Positions 9,619-20,000 of a stretch of DNA of 64,000 nt are shown here, one piece after another. Position 1 is the stretch's first letter. Every line of letters begins with the position of its first letter. The position numbers and the translations under genes were made by a program. A model generated the notes under the pieces. It worked only from the letters and a program-made list of their open reading frames with translations, was not told where the DNA came from and did not search any database. The stretch lies in assembly GCA_964373715.1 (NCBI GenBank), contig CAYJVR010000004.1, positions 25,255-89,254 on the forward strand, in the 5' to 3' direction. The stretch comes from an uncultured Planctomycetia bacterium. Lineage in GTDB: Bacteria > Omnitrophota > Gorgyraeia > 1-14-0-20-64-10.

Positions 9619-12600
9619 TTACGCGAAGATGGCGAAGTAATCCTCGCCCTCGATCGTCACCCGCTCGATCGTTCCTCTTGTCAGATCGAGAATGAGGTTA
9701 ACGAGGGCGTCGGGCCGGGCCAGAAACGCCGCCAGCGCGGCCCGGTCAATAAGGTGATAAGTGCTTGGCGACAGGAACAGGGCGACCGGGTGGTTTTCGG
9801 GCAGGCGCACCCCCTGCCCGAAATCAGGATTGAGCGCTATCACCACCTGCTTCCCATCGGCAAAATCATCGGTGGCCTCCTCGAGGAGCGCATTGGCCTC
9901 ATCCGTGTTCTGCTCTGAAACAGCCAGCGTACGGCCGATTGGCCACCCTTCCGGCAAAATCGCCATTGCACCGGAAACGACCGACAAATGGGCGTAAAGA
10001 TCCACGGAGCCAGGCCTCAGTTGGGCGGGAACCGTCTTTGCGGGAACCAAAATCGCCTGCGTGTACCCTTCGGCCTGGGCCGCCGCGGCCAATTCCACGC
10101 CTCTCCTGCCCAGCTCTTCCAGCGTCAAAACCCGGACCCACGGCTCCTCCAGACCCCCGGTAAGGCCGGTAATCAATCCGGCCACAATCGGCAGTATCTG
10201 TTCGAGCCGGGCCGGAGCCGCCTGTTCGGTGGCAATCTGCAGATGCCCTTCTCCTGTAACACGGAACCGGACCCGCGCAAAAACCTGGACATCCGGAGCC
10301 ATGGCGATATTGTGATAAAACGGTGACCATTCCTGCGCAGGCGGCAAAACACGGATGAGCTCTGCCAGCGCCGGGCGGTTCCACCGTCCCGACTCCAGCA
10401 CGGCAACCAAATGACCCTCCATGAATCTCCTCTGCGGCTTGGCGATAATGAACCCTCCCTCATCCACCACCTGGGCCGGTTGGGACCGGTTCCAGCTCTC
10501 AGGCCTTACCATGTCGCTGCGCCCAAGCCGGATGCCCCGCGTCGGATCCATGAATAGGGGAACTACGGACTGTTCATTCCCGTTGAGAAATTCCATGGTG
10601 TTCGGGGCATCGGCCCGAATGACCGAATCCTCCACCGTCTCCATAATTTCCTGGAACAGAGGCTGACCGGACTGCTCAAGCGGGGTCGGAGTCCGGGAGT
10701 TCTGGAATTCATCCTGCTCTCCGCCAAAGGCCGCGAAATTTTCCTGGGGGGCAAAACGGATATTGGCCGCAACCGCGCCGAGCATCTGAACCGTCTCCGC
10801 TTCCGCCTGGTCCCTCAGGCTGGGACGCACGCGGACCCCGGTCCGGCCGGCAATCTCCGCGCGTATGGCTTCGCCCGCCGTTCCGGAGCGAAGCCTTTCC
10901 CGGCGGGCTTCGAGCCGGCCTATCAGCGCGCCGGCTCGCTGGCCGACCAGCGGCAAATCATTCTGTTCCGTAAATTCCAAAAGAGGCAGAGCCACACCGA
11001 TGGAATCCATATCGTCGGCTAAAAGTTCCAGTCCCCGCACCGCCGCCTCCCGGACACTCACAGACGGTTCACCCCATACGTCGTCCGCGGTCCGGCCGGA
11101 AGGGTTCTGCCTCGTCATCAGCTCTCCGAAAAGATTTATAATCTGATTCCTCAGCGCCCTGTTCTCCCCGTAATCCAGCCTCGCCAGTCCCTCCACGGCC
11201 CGGGCGCGCGCGTTCAGCGGGCCCCTTTCTTCCAGCGTCAGCCAGCGTACAAAATAAGCCGCCAGCTCGCCCGCCGCGGCCGGAAACTTTTCCACGTAGA
11301 CCTCCGGGTTCGAGTAGGGCCACCGGCTGATCTCCACCGCGTCCCTGTCGGCCAAACGGCGGATAACAATATCGTTGAACGAAGCGAAATGCCCCGGCCC
11401 GTCACGAAGAGAGGTCTCCCGGCCGAGCACCTGCCCGTTTTCGGAAGAAACCTCCTCTACGAGGACCTCCCACCCCCTTTCAAGAGAGGGCACAGAAAGA
11501 CGGACGAACGTGCCGGGATTTCCCCGGTTGACAATCCGCAGCCCCATTCCCCATCTGGCCAAAAGCTCGAGAGGAACCACCACCGGGTTATCTGCCCGGA
11601 AAAAGAGTCTCTGCTCGAATTGGTCCCTCAGCTGCAGAGAAACGACATCCTTCGTGCTGCGGACCATCTCCTCGTAGAGGGTTTCTTCCAACCCGGCCGG
11701 GGGAATATCCAGCATGCTGATTACATTCGTGGCCCGCCCGACGGCCAGCTTGCCACCGTTCGGGCTGAAGGCCAAACTGAGGATCGAGTGGGGTCCCTTC
11801 ACCGTCCCCCGCGCTTCGCCCGCGTAGACATCCCAGAGATTCAAAACCCCGTCTCTTCCTCCGGTCGCCAGGAGATTCCCATCCGGGTTAAAAGCCAAAG
11901 CCAGGATCTCCTTGCCCGCCTTGTGCTGAAACTCATTCACAAAGAGGCCGGCCCTGTTCCACACACGGACAAATCCTTTGCTGTCGCCCGAGACAACCAG
12001 GGATCCGTCCGGGCTGAAGAGAACCACTGTGACGCCCCCTGCGTGTCCCCTTAAAACACGGAATCTTGTCGCCTCTTCGGAGAACCGATCGCTGACATCC
12101 CGCAGTTCGACGGTCCCCCTGCTTGTCCCGATCAAAGCGATGTTCCCGTCCGGGCTGTAGGCAACGCTTAATGGGAGGCCCTCCTCCGGCTTAAAACGTT
12201 TCACGATCCCCTCCCTGCCGGCATAATCAGCAGCCGCTTCCGGAGCCAGATTTTGGATGAGGGCCTCTTTCCTCAACCCGCCGACCAAAAGGAATTTCCG
12301 GTCCGGAGAAAAAGCGGTGCTGCCCGGATAGGGGGGGGTCTCCGGAAAGAGCGACGACCTGAATTCGATCCGCCCGATCGGATAGGCGTGGAACCAATCA
12401 TGCCGGACAGCGCTGGTGGAGTTGACCGACAGAACGGCCGACCCGGTGGAGGAAAATGCGACCTTTAAAACTCCTGCTTGCTGAATCAGTTTGCCATGGC
12501 CGCCCCTCGTCTCCCAGCTCCAAATCCGGACGGTTCCGTCATCGCTTGCGGAAACAAGCGTCTTACTCTTCGGCGCGGCGTTGAACGCGAGGCTTGTGAC

Positions 12601-13956
12601 CGCTCCGCGGTGGCCGGTGAAACCCTGTTTATTAAATTGATCCTCAACGGGAACTTTTTCTTCAAGCCCTCCCGCGAAATACGGGGCCATCTGCTGGATC
12701 TGCCAGAGAGGGTAAGCCGGGTCATCCAGCTTCATGACCTGGGCCAAGTTTCCGGCTATCTGGTTGAACCGCCCCGACAAGTTTGTGAATCTTATCTCGT
12801 TGCTGACCGGAACATTCGGAATAGCCGCCCGGATGATTTGGCCGGCCAGCTGAGCTCCGACTGCGGCGAGATTCCCTTCGGCGGCAAGCTGCTGCTGTTT
12901 CCGGGAACGGTCCACGGAGCGGGCGGCTTGAAGAAGGGCGTCCGGGACAGGTTCCGAAACAGCGGCCAGGGTTTGGGCCAACGCAGAGGCCAAAGCCTCT
13001 TCACTGAGAACCGGCGGAATTACCGCCGCAGAAAGCCGTTGGCTGTCTTGATACCAGATCAGAAGTTGCGCGTACTTCACCAAAGCAGCGTCCGTCAAAC
13101 GATACGGCCCCGGAGCGGCAAATAGGGAAAAAGCCGCCAGCCGGTGAACCGGCGTTTCTTTCTGCATCAACCGCGCCAATCGCTCTTCATCCCCGCTTTC
13201 GGAAAAATCTCTCGCCTGGTCAATGAATTCGGCAAGCTGGGTTTCGACAGGCTCGATCCGCACAAGACCTCCGAGCCGCAGACCTTCTCCGACGATCTGC
13301 AATACCTCAAGAATGCCGATCTCCTCATCCCGTACGCGGGTTGGATCGTCATTGTCCTGGAGCGGCACCATATTCACCGCTGTCTGCTCGTTGATCCCCC
13401 CCAGCCCGGCGCCCGCCAACGTGGAGCTGGCCTGAAAAGAGAGCCTCATCTGCGCCGCCAACCAGGCCTGCAGCAGAAGAAAATTTGCCCTGCCCTGGTC
13501 CAAAGGGCTGTCGCTCCCGGAAGAGGCTGTCATCACACGCCGGGAAGCCACGGGAAAACGGAAGTGTCCATTAAGAAAGAGGGCCAATTGAAGCGCCGTG
13601 GCGGTATTTAAACTGTATCGCTCTTCCAGTAAATTCACAACACGCTGAATCTGGAAAGGCTCGTCATTGGCCGGCACGCCATCCCCCGGGGTCCTTTCCT
13701 CTACTTCTTCCAACCCGGCCCCTAACCCGGCCAAGACTCCCCGGTCAAACCCCGCGACCCCGGCAAGTTTGTTTAACGTACCCTCTAATTTGGTGGCGCT
13801 TCGGCCGGTGAGCGCTTGCTCAAGGCCGGCAAGAACATCGGGAACTTCAGCGGGGGTTTCGTTTCGGAGCGCAACTGCGTGGCCAGGCAAGCTGAGCACC
13901 GCAGTCAAAAGCAGGGCTATCGTTTGTGTAAAAAACGCGTGTGGTCTCATGGTCAA
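9619..13956 (-). CDS. 1445-aa protein with N-terminal hydrophobic leader, WD40 beta-propeller repeats and a conserved about 190-aa C-terminal module shared with the adjacent 2365-aa protein
   Basis: N-terminus MTMRPHAFFTQTIALLLTAVLSLPGHAVALRNE. WD40-like repeats (SASDDGTVRIWSWE, VSGDSKGFVRVWN, LATGGRDGVLNLWDV, AYSPDGNIALIGTSRGTV). C-terminus ...GGLEEPWVRVLTLEELGRRGVELAAAAQAEGYTQAILVP...LILDLTRGTIERVTIEGEDYFAIFA. Confidence 0.75.
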   Translation of the reverse strand: MTMRPHAFFTQTIALLLTAVLSLPGHAVALRNETPAEVPDVLAGLEQALTGRSATKLEGTLNKLAGVAGFDRGVLAGLGAGLEEVEERTPGDGVPANDEPFQIQRVVNLLEERYSLNTATALQLALFLNGHFRFPVASRRVMTASSGSDSPLDQGRANFLLLQAWLAAQMRLSFQASSTLAGAGLGGINEQTAVNMVPLQDNDDPTRVRDEEIGILEVLQIVGEGLRLGGLVRIEPVETQLAEFIDQARDFSESGDEERLARLMQKETPVHRLAAFSLFAAPGPYRLTDAALVKYAQLLIWYQDSQRLSAAVIPPVLSEEALASALAQTLAAVSEPVPDALLQAARSVDRSRKQQQLAAEGNLAAVGAQLAGQIIRAAIPNVPVSNEIRFTNLSGRFNQIAGNLAQVMKLDDPAYPLWQIQQMAPYFAGGLEEKVPVEDQFNKQGFTGHRGAVTSLAFNAAPKSKTLVSASDDGTVRIWSWETRGGHGKLIQQAGVLKVAFSSTGSAVLSVNSTSAVRHDWFHAYPIGRIEFRSSLFPETPPYPGSTAFSPDRKFLLVGGLRKEALIQNLAPEAAADYAGREGIVKRFKPEEGLPLSVAYSPDGNIALIGTSRGTVELRDVSDRFSEEATRFRVLRGHAGGVTVVLFSPDGSLVVSGDSKGFVRVWNRAGLFVNEFQHKAGKEILALAFNPDGNLLATGGRDGVLNLWDVYAGEARGTVKGPHSILSLAFSPNGGKLAVGRATNVISMLDIPPAGLEETLYEEMVRSTKDVVSLQLRDQFEQRLFFRADNPVVVPLELLARWGMGLRIVNRGNPGTFVRLSVPSLERGWEVLVEEVSSENGQVLGRETSLRDGPGHFASFNDIVIRRLADRDAVEISRWPYSNPEVYVEKFPAAAGELAAYFVRWLTLEERGPLNARARAVEGLARLDYGENRALRNQIINLFGELMTRQNPSGRTADDVWGEPSVSVREAAVRGLELLADDMDSIGVALPLLEFTEQNDLPLVGQRAGALIGRLEARRERLRSGTAGEAIRAEIAGRTGVRVRPSLRDQAEAETVQMLGAVAANIRFAPQENFAAFGGEQDEFQNSRTPTPLEQSGQPLFQEIMETVEDSVIRADAPNTMEFLNGNEQSVVPLFMDPTRGIRLGRSDMVRPESWNRSQPAQVVDEGGFIIAKPQRRFMEGHLVAVLESGRWNRPALAELIRVLPPAQEWSPFYHNIAMAPDVQVFARVRFRVTGEGHLQIATEQAAPARLEQILPIVAGLITGLTGGLEEPWVRVLTLEELGRRGVELAAAAQAEGYTQAILVPAKTVPAQLRPGSVDLYAHLSVVSGAMAILPEGWPIGRTLAVSEQNTDEANALLEEATDDFADGKQVVIALNPDFGQGVRLPENHPVALFLSPSTYHLIDRAALAAFLARPDALVNLILDLTRGTIERVTIEGEDYFAIFA

Positions 13957-14048
13957 TTTAATGCCTACACCATGAAGGTTACCTGAGACCGTGGAGGAAA
14001 AGAAGAGGGGCTAGGCTTGTATCACGTTAACCACCAAATAGTTAGTGG

Positions 14049-17000
14049 TTATGCAAAGATAGCAAAATAATCTTCCCCGTCGATCGTCACCCGTTCGATC
14101 GTCCCGCGAGTCAAATCGAGGATCAGATTTCTTAAAATCTGCGGTTGAGAAAGGAACGCTGCTAAAATCGTCCGGTCAATAAGATGATACGTCTTTTCTG
14201 ACAGGAGGAGCGCGACGGGATGGTTCTGCGGCAGCTGCAGGCCGGACTTTAAATCGGGGTCCAGCGCGATGACAACCTGCCGGCCCCTGGTAAATTCGTC
14301 GGTGGCTTTTCGCAGCAGATCATTTCCGGCAGAGGGATCGTTCTCCGGAATGGCAAGGATCTGTCCGATCCCCCACCCATCGGGCAGAATAGCCATCGCG
14401 GCGGAAGAAACGGAAGGCTGCGCGTAAAGATCCAATGTGGCCGATTCCATCCTGCTTAATACAGCTCCCACCGGAACCAAAACAGCTTGCGTGTATCCTT
14501 GAGCCCCAGCCTCTGCGGCCAATTCCACACCTTTCCTGCCCATCTTTTCAAGCGTCCAAACCCGGGCAGTGCTCTTTTCTTCCAAACCGGCTTTCGAAAA
14601 GGCATCCCGGATCTGAGCCGCTACCTCTTGGATGGACCCCCCCTGGACGGAAACCGGCAAACGAAAGATTATTTCGGAACCCTGCGCGCGCTCAACCGCT
14701 TGAATCGCGGGAGCTTCCCCCGCAGCGGTGTACAGATAACGGATCCTCCCCCCATCCGGCCCGGCCGTTTCCACCGTCAAGGAGCCGCCCGGGATATCCA
14801 TCACCGCTAGGTAGCTGGCGGAGAGGCCAATGCCCGCCTCCCCTTCGTCAAAACCGGTTTTTCGGGTCGATCCCGCCACTCGGACTGCGGTGTCGACCGG
14901 GATTTTCCACGGACCCGGGTTTTCATCCCGATAAGTCACGACGAGGGAACCGGTGGTTTTCCCCTCAGCGGAGACCACTCGCTCGATAGAAAACCGGAGC
15001 GCAGCCGACGGATGGCTTTCTTCCGGCACGTGTTCCAAAAGATTCTTCCCGAGCTCCTGAACCAAAAACATCAGCAGGGTTCCGCTCGTCCGGTTCTGCT
15101 CGTCATACGGCAGTCCCAGCACGGCAGCCGTCTCTGCCGCCAGCCGATTGACCGCCCGTTGGAAGAGTCCCGGATCGCTCAACTGGGCCGTCACTTCCCC
15201 AAGAACGGCGGTCTCCGGCTTCTCTTCCAAACCGGCGGGAATTCCCTTTAACCTGGAGAGGCTGAAGCTCGGTGTATCCGGTCCCCATCCGATAAGAATC
15301 ATTTTCCCTTCTTCAGTCCACCGGATGTTCAGGTCCAAAGTTTCCATGCGCACGAACTCGGAGAAACGGGGCGGCGGCCTCTGGGAACCGACGATCGTGA
15401 TCTTCTGGCCGGGCGCTGCGGAAAATCCTTCGGTCCGGACTTTGAAAAACTGTTCGTCCGGGACAACGATCTGGTCTTTGCCCGAAGGGATGACAAAAAA
15501 CCGTTGTTTGCCCGCCGCGGCGTTCACCTCGAGCAGGAACGTTGATCCGTCCCCCGCCGCCGGAACGGAAACGGGCGACACCTGCTGTTTGGAATCGGCG
15601 ATCTCCAGCGCCAGCACCTCGAACGAAACCCTCTCCATCTCCGCCAAACGGGCCACCCGGAAACGGGGCGTATCCGGACCCCAGGCGAACACCAGGCCGT
15701 TGTCCGGATCGTACCGGAAATTCATGTCGAGGGCTTCGATCCGGGCGGTTTTCGCGCCGACAGGCGGAGGCCGCCGGGGAAAACGGACCGGCATGACCCC
15801 GCCCCCTTCGAACCGGAAACCCTCCCGGGAAACTGTGATGTCGTCCTCGTCCAAAAGAACCGTATTGAGCCGGTCGTTGGCGCCGGTGAAGAAATATTTT
15901 TTGCCGGCCGGCGTATCGACCTCCACGAGAAAGATGTCGCCGGGCCTGACGTGGGGAACGATGACCGGCGAGATCTTCTGCGTCGAATCGGCCAATTCCA
16001 CGCCGAAAATCTCAAAAACTTTTTCATCGGGCTTTTCCGGCCTGCCGATCCCGAGTTCCGCCCGCACTTGCCGAACGAGACTGTCCCGCCGATAACGAAG
16101 CTCGAACGCTTGGCTCAAGACGGCAAGCGCCTCGGCCCCCCGCGCGTCGCTTATGGAAAGCAGAGCGTCGGCCCGCAGGGTCTCCAAGAGGATCATTTGT
16201 TGATAAGCCTCGTACCGGACCAGCCGGTCGGGGTTTTGCAAGGCGGTCTCGAAGGCCTTCTTCAATTCCTCATAAGAGCGCATGGCGGCTTCGTAAACCG
16301 GATCCGGAGACGAAGCCCGGGAGGGGTCGGGCTTGGGGGCGTCGCCGATCCGGACGCTCAGCCGGCGGGCGATCTGCCCTTCGGTAAAGTAGGCAAAACC
16401 GGCGGTTTTCTGAACGATCTGGGCCGAACCCGCCGGTGTCTCCGGAAGCAGACCCTGCCAATAAAGCTGCGCCCGTTCTTCCATAGCGCGGGTCAGATCG
16501 TTATAAAGGAACATCTCCGGCAAAGATCCGGCTTTCCGGATCTCTTCGATGGCGCGCTGGATCCGAATCTCCTTTATGCCCAGCAGAAAGACCGGCCCGC
16601 GCCGTTCCCAGCCGGGAGCCCATTGACCCGAGGGATGGATCTCCGCTTCGATCTGCTTTAAAACCACATCGATCAGGATCGACGGAGATTCTTCCCAGAC
16701 GGAAAGGAACGCCCGGATTGACTGGCCGGTCTCATCGCCGCAAATCCCTTCCAAAACAGCCGCCCGGGCTTGCCGAAGAGGAGGCGTATCGGCCAGGAAA
16801 ATGCCCCGGAGAAACCCCTGGACCTCCGGAGTATCGGAGAGCCAGAGCAGCGAACGGGTCAGAGAAACCCTCTGCTGGGCCGAGAAAGCCGGTGCCTGTT
16901 CAACAAGAAGATTCATCCTCTGGGCCGAATTGTTTTCCGGATCGAACAAACGGTTCAGGAGATTCCGCACCGCCGGGTCAATCTCCTCCGTACCTGCGCC

Positions 17001-20000
17001 GGCATTGTTTGGTTTATTTTCCGGCGGTTTCTCCGGATCGGCCGGAGGCTTTTCCGCGGCGATCTGCTGATCAATCGCCTGTTCGAGAAAAGCCATAAAA
17101 TCTTCTCCCTCGGCCTCGGCCGGAACAGCCGCCTTCTTTAACTCATCTTCCAATCCCAAAATAGCCGCAGCTCCACGCGGCTCTTCCTGGGACTCTTCAG
17201 AAACGGGTCCCTTCTGAACGGTCACCGGCAATCGAAACCGGAAAACCGATCCTGTCGTACCGGCGGCTCCCGCTTCCGCCTGGCTCACACTGCGCACCAA
17301 CTCGAGCACGCCGCTGCGCTTGGTCAATTCATTGCTCAAAGAGGACAGCCCGTATCCGGTCCCCTGCGTTCCGGCCGTTTCCGGCCGATCGAGCCGCTGA
17401 CCGTGTTGGAACAGCACCTCCTCGCGGCTTTTTTCCTCCCCCGCCACAGTGATCTTTGCAGGGATGCCGATGCCGTTGTCCTCGACGGTCACCTCCACCG
17501 TCCGATCCGCCGGAGAATAGACCGCCGTGACGGCAACCTCCAGCGCCTTATCTTGCCTCCGGTACTTCGAGGTGTTCTCCAAAAGCTCCACGAGAGTGGA
17601 GCGGATGAGCCTGGATTCCTCCGGGCTGACATACAGCACGCCCCCTCCTTGCGTCCACTGCAAACTGTCATAGCGGAGGGTAAACTGCCCCGCCCGGGAT
17701 TCGATCTCTTCCCGAAGAATAGATCCGACGTCAACGTGAATCTGTTCGGCAGGCTGCGAAATTTTTCCCAGGTCAACTTCGATTGTCGCGCCGATGTCGG
17801 CCAAAAATTGGTTCGCCTCCTGGACCACCCGGTCGACTCGGTCGGCCAGCTTCCGAACGTCTGCGGCAATTTCCTGGTCGCTTTCCTTCTCGGCAATCGC
17901 TCTGAGTTGGGACGCGAACTCCCTAACCCCCTTAAACCGGGCAATGAAGGTCTGCAGTTGCGGGATGAATTTCTGATTTTCATCGTCCCATTCCTCAACA
18001 GCGGCGATAGCGGAGGAGGCCAAAGCCTCCCAAGCGGCGAGAATTCTTTGCGCCTCCGGATTATCCTTCAATCCGGGATCATCCAAGTGGCGCCGGTAGA
18101 GGGCGCGAACCTCTTCCGGATCGAGATCGCGCACAGCCTCTAAAAAATCCAAAGAAACGCTGTGAAAAAGCTTGTCGAAAACCTCCAGGTTCTGCAGCGA
18201 GGGAGCTTTACGGGCCTGCGCGGGAGGCTCCTTTTTCACCGGCCTCTTTCCCGCCAGGCGCATCACAACCCGCGCTTCCTCGGCCCGCTCAATAATAAAC
18301 CGTTGGACCTCCTGCGCAAGAACGTACAGAACACCGGCCTCCGATTCAAAATCCATGGAAAAAAGCTCGGCCGACGCCGACACGCCGGCGAGTCTGTTCT
18401 TCAAGTCGTGGAGGATTCCGGTGATTCTTTGCCCTTCCTTTTCCAGGTTCATGGCATTCCGATATAACCGGTAATTCCGGACGTTCTGCCGCGCAAAGAG
18501 AGCCGCATTGCCGACGGTCTGCAGAATCCGGAGAACCTGCAGCCGGTAAGCTTCCGTTTCCGCTTCCGACTGTCCCGGGAATAAGGGTGCTCCGCTCTTC
18601 CAGTTATTCACCATGAGCAGCCCCCAGGGCCGGTGGTCAGCATCTCGAAGAACAACGTAGTAGACCGAGCGGACATTGTCGAGATTCCCGCCGGCGTATG
18701 TCTGCGCGTCTTTGGCCAAAAGCGTCTGATCAACGAAATCTGCCTTCTGCCTGTCCTCTACATAAAGATCATCCACACCGCTCTCAAGAGCCTTTTTCTT
18801 TTCATGAGTGGCGGGCGACCAAGAGGCGGCCGCCGACATTCCTTCCAGCGCCCTGATTTCGCTCAGGATTTGAAATTCGTTCGGCTTTTCCGATTGCCGG
18901 ACAAGATAGAGGACCGCGCCGCTGTACCCTAAAACCTCCCGGGCCGACCGGACGAACGGCTGCTCCACCGCGGTCTCATCCTGTGCGGCAAAAAAATCGT
19001 TCATGACACCCAGCAAGGACCCGAGTAAATCCGACGGCATAGATGTAGATATCGCTCCGCCAGGCGGCTTCGTCTCTTCCTCCATACCGGCTGTTTGAGG
19101 CGGCGGACCCTGGGGGGCTTCCAGCCGTTCCCGCAGCATTTCGACAACCTGGTCGTGGTAGCTGCGGACACCCGCATGAACCTGCAGCCTGCGGGCCTGC
19201 TCCAGGGCTTGGGCCACTTGCCGTTCCGAAGGACGGGATTCGCGCCACCAGCGGCGCACCTCGTCTCGCGTGTCGGTCGGGAAGATCTCCCGAATTCGCT
19301 TTTCCGCGGTCCGTTCGGCGGCATGGACCAGGATCGCCGGGATAAGCTCCATCGCGAGGGTATTCGGGTCCAACTCCCCCTTCTCATACCCTTCCTCGAT
19401 GACCCGCCGGACAGCCGTGACGGCTCTGCGCCGCGAAGAGAGGATCGCGTCCCGGGCCCGTTCGAATAATGCCGGAGAATCGGTGATCTCCCGAGCCATC
19501 TGCAGGTGCATCCTCTCTTCATGGATTAATGCGGGGGTAATCTGCCGGGCGTCCTCCCCATAAAGCTCCGACGCCCGGATCAGCACCACCCCCTGCGCAT
19601 CGATCGCCGCCTCGATCAGGTGGTCCAACTCGTATACCCCGTCGAGACCCAGGTACTGGCCCGCCGGAATACTCTCGAGCCGCCACCTTTTGCCGGTGGG
19701 ACTGCTGTCGAAATTCGAAACCGCATTGGGAAGCACCGCCATTCCCGCCGCCCGATCATCGGCTGATGAAGCGGTATCCAACAGGGAGAAGAGGGCATCG
19801 GCGACGACATAGATCGGGACATCAAGCGTCCCGGCAGAAACCTCCCGGAGCATCGGCTCCTGCTCCTCAAGACCGGCGCTGGCGGTTACCTCGAGCATCC
19901 GCTCGATCAACCCGGAAAAATCGCGCAGCGACAGCATCGTGGGGACCGGCTGCGGATTATTCCCTGTCTCGATGTCGGTCAGCAAAGCCGTCGCGCTGAC

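Noticed and set aside
13957-14048. Hairpin aaccac-N10-gtggtt between the two giant genes
   Set aside because: It has a 6-bp stem and no flanking T-run. The 92-nt gap more likely carries an RBS and an internal promoter than a terminator, and there is not enough evidence to call a feature.
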